The notes under the pieces were generated by a model. The model did not search any database. It saw only the letters and a list, made by a program, of their open reading frames with translations, and was not told the DNA's origin. A program made the position numbers and the translations under genes. Shown in pieces: positions 1 through 12,908 of a stretch of DNA of 64,000 nt. This stretch comes from Yuukianura sp. NJ FZ-2021 (lineage: Eukaryota), in contig CM102285.1 of NCBI GenBank assembly GCA_046563655.1, positions 2,108,001 to 2,172,000 on the forward strand, read 5' to 3'. Position 1 is the first letter of the stretch. The number at the start of each line of letters is the position of its first letter.

Positions 1-208
1 TGGCTCGGTTGTGATGGAGCATTTTGGATTTGATGCAGCTTGTACAATTATGGCAGCATCGCTTTTCGTTTTAGTAGGTATCCTAACCTTAATTGTAATT
101 AAACTAAATTAAAAACTAAATTTTCGTTATTTTTAACAGGGAACTATACTCTGCTGCTATTCTGTAACATCCGACGTAATGAAAAAGAAGGGATACATAT
201 TTTACTAG
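1..208 (+). CDS. 3' end (last two exons) of an SLC18B1-like MFS transporter, copy 0 (partial)
   Basis: Reads GSVVMEHFGFDAACTIMAASLFVL, intron, then GTILCCYSVTSDVMKKKGYIFY-stop (TAG 206-208). It matches the final exons of the copies starting at 1564 and 4749. Confidence 0.85.
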
Positions 209-245
209 GATCAATGGGTGAAAGAAGGCAAGGTTTGTTGACTTT

Positions 246-469
246 GATTTTCTTTAACATGTTGGGTAGTACCTCACGTTTGTTTTTGACTTAGCAAAAA
301 AAAAAGTTGTTTTCATTTCAATCGTAAACATAACAATATAGCCGAATTTATTAAATTTTGAATACGAATTGGTAGCAACTTTTCAGACAGGTACTAAAAT
401 TGATACCAATTTTTTTTTTTCGTTTTTTTGTCAACAAGGGAGGTAGTACCCAACCTGTTAAAGAAAATT
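246..469. mobile_element. Small MITE-like element with ~30-bp terminal inverted repeats
   Basis: attttctttaacatgttgggtagtacctc (~247-275) is the near-perfect reverse complement of gaggtagtacccaacctgttaaagaaaat (~440-468). The interior is non-coding and AT-rich. Confidence 0.6.
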
Positions 470-665
470 AACTTTTCGTTGTCAAGGAACCTTGATAAAA
501 CGGTAGAAAACTTTCTGAGGGGTTGAAAGAAAATGATTTCGAGTGAAATTATTTGGGTGAAAGCCACTTTTTCTTTCTCGGTTTTTGCATTCGTTTATAC
601 AAAACCCACCAATATTTGTGTTCAAGGCGACACAAGGTTTCTAGCTGCTTTTGTGTCTTTCAACC

Positions 666-768
666 GCCCCTCTCCTGGCACCATTTTACACAAAAGAGGC
701 AGTATTTAAAAATGGGAATTTCAGTGTCGCTGAAACAGTTTTCTTTGCATCTTCTCTACTTCTACTCT
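666..768 (+). pseudogene. Orphan degenerate fragment of SLC18B1-like exon 1
   Basis: cctggcaccattttacacaaaagaggcagtatttaaaaat... reads LAPFYTKEAVFKNGNFSVAETVFFASSLL and aligns to ~1683-1778. It has no start codon or downstream exons. Confidence 0.75.
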
Positions 769-1563
769 AGTGAGAGAGTAGAATGTGAGAGCTGACTTTA
801 ACATCAACAACTAGGTTAAAAAAAAGGAACTGTTAAAGTTCATCAAAATGAGAATTGTGATGGCGGTTTTTTTGTGGCGTCACCTCTGAGATAGCAGAAA
901 GGCGAAAGAATTAACAAGAAGTAAGCTTGCAGACTAACGTAATATACGTGTGGCAGGACTTTGCCGAAGTGAGAGATAGCGGTTAGCCACATATTTGGCG
1001 TATTAACACCTAATAAGAATACATAAACTCTAAAGGATGAAGATTGAGAACATCTTTCCTAGTCAAAGTGTAAAACTAGACAACCAAAAATTAGATAAAA
1101 GTATTTCTCTAAGAAAGTGTTGGTAAATATGAAACGCCATTGATAATTTTCACGTCACGTTCACTATCACTACCTCTCAATTTGCCAAAAGTTAAAACTT
1201 TTGATGCTAGTAACAATCTTGTTTCAAAGTTTAGATATTTGTTACAAAACTGTGATACAAACAACCCCGGCCAAAAATTCAAGGTAAACTGTTAAAAATT
1301 AAGTAAAGATTTTATGTAAATCTAAAGAACGCATTGTTAACATAAGGAAAAATTGTAAAAAAAAAAACTAAGGCAAATAATAAAAAAAAACTTATCTCCG
1401 TTGGTATTTTTCAAAATTTTCGTTTCTTGTAGAATTAAGGCTAGACATTTGAAAACATAAATTTGCTGTTAAAACTCGATAAAGAGTTAGTACACAACAA
1501 TTTGTGACATCGGTTCACATGTGTCATAATTTTTGAATTTTCAGCTGTTTATTCAGATGAAGA

Positions 1564-3624
1564 ATGGAGTCTCTTACTATGTCTCCGTCAATTACAAACG
1601 GAAGAGGAAAACTGAGTGTTCAAGTCAAGACGATTGTTGGTCTGGGGCTAGTTGAGACTCTGTATTTCGCTGCCCTCTCTTGCCTGGCACCATTTTTCAC
1701 AAAAGAGGCAGAATTTAAAAATGTGAATATCAGCGTCGCTGGAATTGTCTTCTTTGCGTCTCCCCTATTTCTAGTCATCACATCTCCATTTCTGGGCAAA
1801 GCAGTAAGGCAGTCACTAAATATGCTACTAATGTGCAGACAAAAAAAAACTAAACGCGGAAAACTAAATTCTATTTTTTGTTAGGTTGCGTGGGTTGGTA
1901 CACGGAAAATATTTTTCATGGGAATGCTGCTACATGGATTTTCCAACATTTGTTTTGGATTTTTGAATCGAATTGATTCTGGTGGCGCTTTTGTGTGTTG
2001 GTGCGTTTTGTGCAGAGCAATTGCAGGGATTGGTTCGGCAGCAACGGCAATCAAGGTTGTTTTTCTTGCAAAAGCTTTCCCTAATGAAATCAACAAAGCT
2101 ATGGTAAAGTTCAAAATTACAAAAAAAAAAAAAAATTAAAAAAATTTCTGATATTTTTAACAAATTAAAAATGTAGCTAATACATGAAAACTAATGAATT
2201 ATGCTATTTGGAAATTCCAGGGTTTGAGTGAAATCTTTCCCGGAGTTGGAGTGTGTCTAGGTCCTACGATAGGTGGCCTTTTGTATGATGTAAGTATGGC
2301 GCCAAAATTTTGAAATTTCAAATGTTTAAAATTTGAATTCAAAATCTTGATTTTGAATAATGTTTTTCCCGGCTTTAAGTGGGGTGGATTTTCATTGCCG
2401 TTTTGGACAATCGGAACAATTGTGTTGTGCCTCATTCCAATCAGTAATCTTTTACTACCAGAAGTGGACTCAGGTGCAGACGATCTAAAATCGACGGATT
2501 CTGCAAATTGGTGGGAAATTATGAAATCTGCAGGGATGATTTTGAATTTGTGGGTGGCTTTTATTTTTGGTTGTGGCTGGACATTTTTGGATCCAATTCT
2601 AGAGCCACACTTACGACACGTTAGTCTAGCATCTTTCTGTTTCCCGCGATTTTTCTATCTTCCAAAATTTTACATTTTCATAATATTTTTGTTTGTTTAA
2701 CGATACAGGGATTTGGAGTATCCTCTTCTACTATTGGAGGAATATTTTTTGCAATGGCAATTTCATACACGCTGTCCAGCGTCTTTGTAGGTACAATGTC
2801 AGATCGCGTAAAACGGTCATGGATTTTCATTTTCATGGGATATTATGGCTCTGCACTGGCAATTTTGTCCATCGATCCCTCACTATTTGTGCCTGATCAC
2901 ACGTAATTGAAATTAAAAAAAGTTTTTGCCATTTATTTTTACATTGTTTTCAAGTTTTTCGCAATTTTTTTTGTATAGGCAGCTTTGGACAAAGGTCGCT
3001 GGACTCGGGGTGTATGGAATGTTTGTGGGCTTTGCTCTTGTTCCAGTTTATGGAAACATGGTGAACGACGTGGCGTAAGGATAACAAAATTTTGAAAGTT
3101 CAATAAATTTTCTGCTGCAATGAATTTTCATTTTGCATTTTGATCAGCGCCAGAGGTATTTTGCAGGACAATGTTATTTACGGAACGCTCTCTGGATTTT
3201 GGCTTTCCAGTTACGCCATAGGGTATGCTTTGCAACTACTAATATAAACAAGTATGTTTGTTCCTATATAGTAAACTTTCCGTATGATTATATGTTATAC
3301 CTGATGCCTCATTTGTACCGCACATTTAAATCAATTTCTTTAATATTGACAAACATTTATTTCTTCTATTTAGGGAAATAGTTGGTCCAAGTTTTGGCTC
3401 CATTGTGATGGAACAATTTGGATTTAATGCAGCTTGCACTATTATGGCAGGAACGCTTTTGGTTTCAGTAGGTGTCCTAAACTTCATTGTATTTAAACTA
3501 TTTAAACCCAAACTATGTCGCTGTTATTTTCTATTTTTAACAGGGAACTATATTTGGTTGCTATTCTATATCATCTGATGTAATGAGAGGGAAGCAAATA
3601 CTCAATAATCGTGAGATCAATTAA
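1564..3624 (+). CDS. SLC18B1-like (vesicular amine/polyamine) MFS transporter, copy 1, multi-exon
   Basis: Motifs LAPFFTKEAE, G-CLGPTIGG-LYD, WGGFSLPF, FLDPILEPHL, YGTLSGFW and GEIVGPSFGS are spread over GT-AG exons. Stop TAA at 3622-3624. Confidence 0.85.
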
Positions 3625-4748
3625 TGATAAAAGGCTACAAAACTTAATGTGTTCTGGGTATACCTATAATGACGACAGCTATTTTTCAATTTTTGGTTTT
3701 TGCATTTGTTTATGCAGAACCTATTAGTATTCGTGTTCAAGGCCACAGAATGTCACAATTGACTTTCTGTCATTCTACACCCGGTAAACGTAGTGCGATA
3801 AAAATGAAATTATATAAAAAATAATATAATATGTAAGGCAGATAGTTTATTTAAAAAGGCGTCTTTTATTCTTGCCCCTTTCACTGAGATGTTTTTCGAA
3901 GATAGTTTTTCGAAAATTATGATCAAAAAACTAAAAACGGTTTTATGGCAAAGTTTCAAAGTACAATCTAACCAAACAATGAAGAATAAATTCATCAAAA
4001 TGAGAATGGTAAAATGGCGGTTTTTTGTGTCATCATTGACACTTTCACCTGTGGTGTTTATAGCAGAAAACGAAAAAGAATTTAGAAAATGACATACGTT
4101 TTCAGACTAATCTAGTATTGTGTGACTGAACATTTAGGAAGCAAGAGATAGTGGTTAGCCAGTGCTTTGGCGTGTCAAACCAAGAATGTATAAACTACTA
4201 AGGGATGAAGATTGAGGGCATCCTTCAAGTTATAGGCTTTGTGTAAGTAGAAAAACAAGTTACATTAAAGTATACTTTTCTACGAAACGTGTTGGTACAT
4301 GTAAAACGCCCTTAGATACAGTCTATCTTCCTTCACCGTTTACATTTTACCAAAAGTTAAACTTTTCCTTTTAGTAAACAATCTCGTTCCATAGTAATTT
4401 AAAAACGTGAAAAGATACTATAGCTTATTCTGTTTTACTAACGTAAGTGTTTGTGATACAATACAAGTAAAAACGCGATGAAAAAGCTAGGAAAACTAAA
4501 ATGTGACGATTTTAGGTAAACCCATTATAAAGCACTCATATTTAAGGTAAGAAAAATGTGGAAAAAAAGAATATACTTGTCCCCGTTGTTATTTTCAAAA
4601 ACTTTTGTTTCTTATAGCATGCAGACGACAGACTTTAAATCCTAACATGGATGCTAAACCCGTAAAAAACTGAAGTTCACTAAAATTTGCCACATAAGCT
4701 TACCAGCATGATAATTTTTGAATTTTTAGCGGTTTAGTTAGACAAAGA

Positions 4749-6748
4749 ATGGAGTCTCCGTCAATTACAAACGGAAGAGGAAAACTGAGTGTCCAAGTCA
4801 AGACGATTGTTGGATTGGGGCTAGTTGAGACTCTGTATTACGCTGCCCTCTCTTGCCTGGCGCCATTTTTCACGAAAGAGGCAGAATTTAAAAACGTGAA
4901 TATCACCGTAGCAGGAACTGTTTTCTTTGTGTCTCCTCTACTTCTAGTCACCACATCTCCATTTCTGGGTATATTTGTAAGTCAGTCACTAAATATGTTG
5001 CGCATGTGCAGAAAAGAACTAAACGCGGACAACTTAACTCCATTTTCGTTAGGTTTCGTGGATTGGTGCACGGAAAATATTTTTCATGGGAATGCTGCTA
5101 CTTGGATTTTCGAACATTTGTTTTGGATTTTTGAATCGAATTGATTCTGGCGGCGCTTTTACGTTTTGGTGCATTTTGTGTAGAGCTATTGCAGGAATTG
5201 GTTCAGCAGCAATGGCAATCAAGGTTGTTTTTCTTGCAAAAGCTTTCCCCAATGAAATCAACAAAGCTGTGGTAAAATTCATAGTTTCAGAATTTTTTCA
5301 AATGTCTTTTGCATTTTTTGCAAACTAAAAAGCATAACGAGCGAATTGTTGTTCTGTTAAATTCCAGGGTTTGAGTGAAATCTTTTCCGGAGTTGGAGTG
5401 TGCCTAGGTCCTACAATAGGTGGTATACTGTATGATGTAAGTATAGAACAAAAATTTCAAGTTTCCAAATTTTAAAAATTTCGATTCACAAACTTGATTT
5501 TAAATAATTTTTTTACTGCTTTTAAGTGGGGTGGATTTTCATTGCCGTTTTGGACTATCGGAACGATTGTGTTGTGCCTCATTCCAATTTGTAATTGGTT
5601 ATTACCACAAGTGGACTCAGGAGCAGACGATTTAAAATCAACTTCCGAGTCTGCAAATTGGTGGGAAATTATGAAATCTCCAGGGATGTTTTTGAATTTG
5701 TGGATAGCGTTTATTTTTGGTTGTGCCTGGACATTTTTGGATCCGATTCTAGAGCCACACTTACGACAGGTTTATTTCATCTTTTTTGGTTTGCGCGCCT
5801 TTCTTGTAAAAAGTTGAATTTTCATAATATTTTTGTTTTTTTCTCCGTGCAGGAATTTGGATTGTCCTCTTCTACCATTGGTGGAATATTTTTTGCTATG
5901 GCAATTTCATATACCTTGTCCAGTGTCTTTGTAGGTACAATATCAGATCACGTAAAACGGACATGGATCATCATATTTATTGGATATTATGGCTCTGGAC
6001 TGGCAATTCTGTCTGTCGATCTCTCACTAATTGTGGATTATCATATGTAATTGCATAAAAAACAAAAGTTTTTGTCCATTTGTGTTTTATTTTTTTCAAG
6101 TTTTTTACAATATTTTTTGTATAGGCAGCTTTGGACAAAGGTGGCTGGACTTGGAGTGTATGGAATGTTCGTAGGCTTTGCGCTTGTTCCAGTTTATGGA
6201 AACATGGTGAACGATGTAACGTAAGCTATACAAAATTTTGAAAGTCACGCAAATTTTCTATAACAAAGAATTTTCATTTTGATTGTTGATCAGTGCCAGA
6301 GGTATTGTGAAGGACAATGTTACTTACGGAACGCTCTCTGGATTTTGGTTTTCTAGTTACGCCATTGGGTAAACACGTAATATCTATATAACATAAACAT
6401 GTGGGTATATCTGCACCTCCACATGTGTATCTATATGACTATATCAGTGTGGTTTAACTTATAGAGAAATAGTTGGCCCAAGTTTTGGCTCGGTTGTGAT
6501 GCAACATTTTGGATTTGGCGCAGCTTGCACACTTATTGCAGGGACACTTTTTGTTTCAGTAGGTGTTCAAAACTTATTTAATTGTAATCAAACTATTTAA
6601 AACAATACTACACTGCTGTTATATTTAACAGGGAACTATATTCTGCTGCTATTCTGTATCATCCGAAATAATGAAAAAAAAAGTGATACGCAGTTCGCTA
6701 ACCTCCTGCGATTTTTTGGAGAAATCTTTTCAAGAAACGGTATTTTAA
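4749..6748 (+). CDS. SLC18B1-like MFS transporter, copy 2
   Basis: Same exon structure as copy 1 with high identity. The upstream non-coding DNA is also duplicated (~3.2 kb repeat unit). The stop position is inferred from the last exon (TAA 6746-6748). Confidence 0.83.
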
Positions 6749-7352
6749 CTAAACTCAGAGATAAACTGTATTTTAATGGAATATTTTTGATTGTGATGAA
6801 GTTTTCTCTCCAGGACATGAAACCAAAATAATTTTTTTCTCCGAAATTTTGAAAAATTAAATTTCAGTTTCTAAATAAATTTCATGGTGCTGAGCCCGAG
6901 TCGAAGAAAGAGTATTTTTTTTTTTTATTATGAATTCTGGAGAGCCAAAAGTATTATGCAAGACAAAGTTGCGCTGAGAGAAAATGCTTCTGTATTTATC
7001 AACGCAACGGTAAAAGCAATTTTTCATTTCTTCGTTTTTGTGTTCGTTTATACATACTGACCAATATTCGTGTTCAACCCCAGACAGGTTTACCATAGTG
7101 CCTTTTGTGTCTTTAGAAACTAGAAAACATATTGTGATAAATATAAAATAATATGTATAAAATATAATATGTATTTCCAATTGGTATTTAGAAAAGGACA
7201 GGTATTACTTTCACTGTTCTTTTTTGCACTAAAGTTTTTCGAATTTTGCGAGAGATTGCTGGTAGTGTGTTAGGTTGAATCCATTTTTACGCTAAATATT
7301 TCCTTCAAAATTTTATTTGTAGCAGTAATCGCTTCAAGTAAAGCTTAAAAAA

Positions 7353-9009
7353 ATGAAAAACTACACGAAGGCGTTGTTTTTCAAACCAAATCAAGTTGGA
7401 ACTTTGAAAACAATTGAATTGAACCAAGGCTTGAATCCTAACTTCCTATTGGTTGAATACTTTAATTTCTTCTACTACATAGGAGTTTGCCCATTTCGAT
7501 TTCATTTTTCTCTGGAAGAAAACAAGTATGTGGTGCGTAAAAACATTTTTCAAACGGTAAGTTTTCTTTTGCAATAGCATTACAACTTAGTAGCAGTCGT
7601 GAAGTCTAAATTTTGAAATTTGTTATAACAACTTGATTTTCAAAATTTTCTGAAATTTTACCAGGCTTGTTGCCTTTTCCTTACCGTCGGTGTTTTCCTC
7701 AACGTCTTAGTCTATTTTGAACTGTACATTCTTGGAGACACGGGAATATCATACGGAGTTTCTCGAAATTACTTTGAAATTGCTCTATCCTTCAGTGAAG
7801 CACTTTTAGCATTTTCATATTTGTTCGTCGTATGGAGATTTTCTTCAGAATTTCAAACTCTTATCAATTTTTACACCACTGAGTTCAAATTCTGTTCCAT
7901 CAAACGCCCCCTGTGGAATTCATTTGTAAGCATCCGGAGCAAAAATGGCACAAATTTTGAAAATCGCACTAAATGTATCTAATTTTATATTTTTTTAAAC
8001 CTAAGTCCAAACCAATTATGGCGACCATTTTCCTCGTCATATTTTCAGCGTGTGAAGTCATTTCATTTGGACTCGAATTGGAAGAAGGAGGAACACTGGC
8101 AGATGCATACGTCTATTACTTGACCTTTGGCATTGTACGTGGTGCGCACTGGTGGGACTTTATTGTTGTTTCGCTTGCAAATGCTCAGTATTATGCTGTT
8201 TACGTTGCATGTCACATGCTCATCATCGTCTCGGCAATTTCTATTCTCATTGTACTTTCGGGAGTGAATGAGCGTTTGCAGTTTTGTGGTCCTACAGAGG
8301 TAAAATTCGCTTATTCTATTGGTTACCAATTTTCAAAAAAAATATTGAAGTTTATTTTTACTAAAATTAATTTTTATGCCGTAGGGTTTGAAGTTGTACG
8401 AGAAACTGAAAGAGCTTTGTGCTCTGAACAATGAAGCGACAAATTGGGCCGTTTTTGGCGGCGTTTTTGGTCAAATTTTGGCTTTTATTCTTTGCGTTCC
8501 ACCGTTAATTATACCAACGAGTCCCTACGAGTGCATGGGAAATATCATGCATGCTTCAGTTGCTACTACATTTCTGACGCTTGCGTCAAAAATTTCGGCA
8601 AACGTAACTATTTTTTCACGATTCAGTTTTTTCATATTTTTTAAAGAGTTACATTTTGCAATTATACGGTGGCCAAAGTAGTTCGCCACTTTTGTGTAAC
8701 TTATGTTTCAATTTTTAATTTCTTGTTAGAGCTTGGACATGTTCGAAACTTGGTTAATTGAAACCAGAAAATTTCCTGGAATAAGCAAACGGCACGTCTC
8801 AGTTTTGCTATACAATTTGGCAAATCGAGACACTTCCATTGTCACTCTCGGATTTGTGAGAATAGACGGAGTGTTTATGGGAGGCGTAAGGCTTTATGAA
8901 AATATAAAATGAAAAAGTATATCAAAAAGTAGAATTTGAATTAATAATTGTGTGTGTTTTAAAGATTTTAAGCCTTATACTTTCTTTCTCCCTCGTGATA
9001 ATTTCTTGA
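7353..9009 (+). CDS. Gustatory-receptor-like 7TM chemoreceptor, 6 exons, apparently intact
   Basis: Hydrophobic exons at 7353-7556, 7665-7925, ~8006-8298, ~8385-8603, 8730-8885 and 8965-9009. N-terminal YYIGVCPF. C-terminal GFVRIDGVFMGG/ILSLILSFSLVIIS with a short last exon, as is typical of the arthropod GR superfamily. Confidence 0.7.
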
Positions 9010-9204
9010 CTTGTTCAAACACTGGTGCGCGACATTTTCACGTTTAAATTTTACTCCGACTTATTAAGCCACCTCGACTTTTGGACAAATGTAACAAGCC
9101 CATACTAAGGAGCTATACCAAGTTCTTCGTCATAGGGGTCATAGAGGTCAGCAACACCATAATAAATTGTCAATTTTACAAAAACTAACTAACTCCTCCT
9201 CTTA

Positions 9205-10227
9205 CAGTACTGGAAAAAATTATAGGGACAAGCATATTTTTGAAGATAACTTCACGAATTGTTAACCTAAATAAGCCAAAAAACTATATAATACGTGAAT
9301 GTACAATATAAAACTATGGTGAAAATTTCATTAAGATTCATTCGCCCGTTTTTGAATTACCTCAAAAAAACCGAAGTGAAAGTTGGAAAACCTGGAAAAA
9401 ATTATAAGGACACGGCATGTTTTCGGTCCAAATAATTCAGCACTACAAATTCAATTGTTGTAGTAGGCTGCCCAAACTTTCAGGATCATTTTTTAAGTGT
9501 TTGAGGCAAATTCTAAGCAATTTTTCAGAAAAATCCGAAAAAACCGAAGATACCCGAATTCGGGTATTTTCGGTTTTTTCGGATTCGGACACGGGAATCT
9601 TTTAGGGGTCTTATATGGAGCATGTGGTGAAAATTTGAGCAAAATCGGCACGCTAGTTCTCGAGATTGACCAGTTTTAAAAAACGTGATTAAGTTTTAAA
9701 AAATTTTAACATTAGTTAGCATGCACCGTTTTTCAAAAAATGTTGTCCGACTTTTGAAGTGCCGAATCTCGGGAACTAGCGTGCGGATTTTGCTCAAATT
9801 TTCACCACAGGCTCCCTATAAGTCCTCTCAAAGAATCCCGTTCAAAAATCCGAAAAAACCGAAAATACCCGAATTCGGGTATTTTCGGTTTTTTCGGATT
9901 TTTCTGAAAAATTGCTTAGAATTTGCCCCAAACACTTAAAAAACGATCCTGAAAGTTTGGGCAGCCTACTACAACAATTGAATTTGTAGTGCTGAATTAT
10001 TTGGACCGAAAACATGCCGTGTCCTTATAATTTTTTCCAGGTTTTTCAACTTTCACTTCGGTTTTTTTGACGTAATTCGAAAACGGATCCACGTATCTTG
10101 ATGAAACTTTCACCATAGTTTTATATCGTACATTCCCGTATTATATAATTTTGTGGCTGACTTAGATTGCCAATTGGTAGAGTTATCGTCAAAAATATGC
10201 TTGTCCCTATAATTTTTTCCCGCACTG
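9205..10227. mobile_element. Foldback-like non-autonomous Tc1/mariner-type element (1023 bp, ~460-bp inverted arms, TA TSD)
   Basis: Ends read TA|cagtactggaaaaaattatagggacaagcatatt ... aatatgcttgtccctataattttttcccgcactg|TA. Arms ~9205-9667 and ~9765-10227. The paralogous region near 13225-13260 lacks it. Confidence 0.9.
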
Positions 10228-11385
10228 TAGTTTGAGATTTTAAGACCACCTTAAAGTACTAAAATTTTAAGGTGAAATCGACTGAAAGTCACTGTTTCAT
10301 TTTTCCTAGTAACACATAGTTTCTGTCTGAGACAATCTAATCTTCTGTTGGACATTGTATATAGTTCTTATGTATCTGCACTTCAAAAGAAGTATGTGTT
10401 AAAATGTCATAAAGATTAAAAGACCAGTGATAGATGACTGTTCCATCAGTAGAAAATGAGCAAGTCTATTTCTAATTTATAATTACAATGTATTTCTATC
10501 TACAAAAAAATTGAACGAAATCATGAAAAATTTCAAGGTTTTTTTTTCGTATTCCTGAGTTAAACCTTGGTTACAAAACTCTGGAATGAAATTAAAAGTT
10601 GTTGGTGAAAATCATTTGACAGTCGGACAACCTGAAAATAGAAACAAACCGACAGAAGAAAAGTTTATTAAAGTTTCTTTTTGTGCAAGCGCATAACTTA
10701 ACAGGCTTTTGAAATTTTACAAATTATTCTCCAAACGTATAGTCTGTCTTTCATTTTTTTTTTTATTTCGGACGTAGGCAGATAAGTATTACACACGACA
10801 ATTCCTTTCAGAGAAAATGCTTTCACCACAACCCAATGGTGAAAGCAATTTGTCATTTCGCCGTTTGTATTCGCTTATCAAAGCCCACCAATATTTGTAT
10901 ACAAGGCAACATTAAGGTTTGTATATTACCTTTTGTGTCTTTGTAAAAACTGGAAAACGTATTGTGATAAGTATGAAATATACAATGTATTACTTGCGAA
11001 TTGTGTACAGATCTGGATTTTGTAAAGGACAGTTTTTACTTTCACTATCCCTCACTTCACTTCGGTTTTTGGAATTTTTCGCAAGGTGGTTAGCCAGATT
11101 TGTTAAAAACTGAAAACAAGACTAACACTAAATTTTATTTTCAGAAATTGGTTGGAAGTTCTACAAGTGACATGTAAAAAAGACATGGAAGAGTTACACC
11201 AAAAATTTGTTTTTTAAACAAAATCAAGTTGACAGTAAGGAAAAAATGGAATTGAGCGACGGCTTGAATCCTGGGTTTCTGTTGGTCGAATACTTTAATT
11301 TCTTATACTATATTGGCATTTTCGTTTACGAATTTCGAATAAAAAAAAACAATTTTGAATTAAAATTTGTTTGTATTTTTTAAGA

Positions 11386-11783
11386 CTAGAATCTTCCGAA
11401 AGATTCGAGACTGTTGCATACGTACCAGTTTGACTGACTAATCGCACAAAAAACGATTACCCAATTTACAAAAAGATGGGCCGAAAACAAATGTTGGGTA
11501 CAATTATCCTATATTTAGTTTATTTCAACCGTTGTTTATACAAAATTGTCATGCGCGCAGCGGAGGGTAGATTCGCTATTGGGAGAGTAAATGAGAGTGG
11601 ATAAGAAGACCACTTACTACGACATATAGCTTCTTTTCCTCGTGTGCTTGACTGAGAGTTAACTGTTTATGTTTTGCTCCTGTTCACACAGAGTGAATAA
11701 GAGAGCCAGGAGTTAACTCTCATTTCACTCACACACAGAGGACAGGAGGACTATGTATTTGGGATGCTGCAATAAGAGTATGA
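11386..11783 (-). mobile_element. Non-autonomous Helitron A (398 bp)
   Basis: On the minus strand it has 5' TC (11783-11782) and 3' CTAG (11389-11386) with a terminal hairpin. It shares subterminal actgttgc-tacgtaccagtttgac and internal ttgggtacaatta...aaattgtcatgcgc with Helitron B. It sits in an A|T site without a TSD. Confidence 0.75.
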
Positions 11784-11894
11784 CAAGAATCTTGGCTGGC
11801 CTAAGGCCAGCCAAAGATTCTTGACTGTTGCGTACGTACCAGTTTGACGCACTAATTGCAAAAACAACGATATCCCAATAGTTAAATTAACAAA

Positions 11895-12908
11895 TCAATC
11901 AATCAATCAATCAATTAGTTTATTTGACATTGGCAATTGCCCTATCAAGATACAGTTTAGTATGAATTGAGATTTCGAATTTAGTAATTTAAAAGTACGG
12001 TAAAATACGGTAAAATACGGTTAAAGTAGAGTTAAAGTTTGAGTTATTAATTTAAGTTAATTGAGAAAGGAGTTTGCGGGTTACAGTAAAATCAAGGGTT
12101 TGCGGGTGTATGGGAGGATCTAGGGTTGAGATTCTGTTCTGTTCTTAGAATGGGAGTATTCCAAAATTTTGCGTGGAGTTGTGAACCGTCTGATTTCTGT
12201 AGAGCGAGAAGAGGGGGGGGGGGGGGTTAAGTTATCGCTGCCCTATTCCTGAAGGATACGTAGTTTGATGTACTGGGTGCGCGTTGATGTGTCCTAGGTT
12301 CAGTTTGTTTTGCGTTACGTTTGTCTTTTGGCGAGGGTGCGCGGGGACGATTTCCTTGACCGTTTTGTCGTGATTCCCATATCTTTCGTCTTTCAGTTCT
12401 GGTTTCAATGGTCAGGTCTTCGGTAATGGAGCACACATCTTTGTCTTGAAGGAGTGTCTTCCGAAGCTGTAGTGCTTGAACGCGTTGTGCAAAAGTCGAC
12501 ATTCGAACCTTAATTGGGCGGGGTTTATCAGAAGACGGGTTAAACTTTCCAATTCTGAATGCATCTTCTACATTAACTCGAACTTGGTAGTGGCTGAAGA
12601 AGGCGTTGGTAATGTCCGTTGTGTTTTCATTTGTAGTTTCTGGAAGTCCGTGGATTAGAACGTTGTTACGTCTTAGTTCATCTGTGAGGCGGGAGTTAAG
12701 CTTTTTCAATTGATCAATTTCTTTTTGTTGCTGTTCAGTTTTCGTTTGTAATTCTTCAATTTGCTCTTGGTATTTCTCTAGTTTGAGTTCGATTGTGTCG
12801 CATCTCGTGTCAATTTTTGATTCGACCTTGCCAATTAGTGTTGTCAATGCTGCCATTATATCGTCATTCGAGAAATTCGATCGTTTTGGACATGGCTCGC
12901 TTCCATCG
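11895..12908 (-). mobile_element. ORF1-only non-LTR retroelement copy (1014 bp) with a 12-bp TSD
   Basis: TSD taaattaacaaa at 11883-11894 and 12909-12920. The minus strand reads ORF1, stop, C-run, ~300 bp UTR, AATAAA and an (ATTG)n tail. Confidence 0.85.
12227..12908 (-). CDS. LINE ORF1-type protein (coiled coil + RRM + CTD, L1/Transposase_22-like), probably 5'-truncated
   Basis: A coiled coil is followed by LRRNNVLIHGLPE, DAFRIGK...KPRPIKVRM and ITEDLT-ETR-ERRK. The TTG start in the ORF track lies inside the TSD; the first in-frame ATG is at 12856. Confidence 0.8.

Noticed and set aside
9417-9939. Short ORFs inside the palindromic element
   Set aside because: No transposase motifs; they are chance ORFs within the inverted arms.
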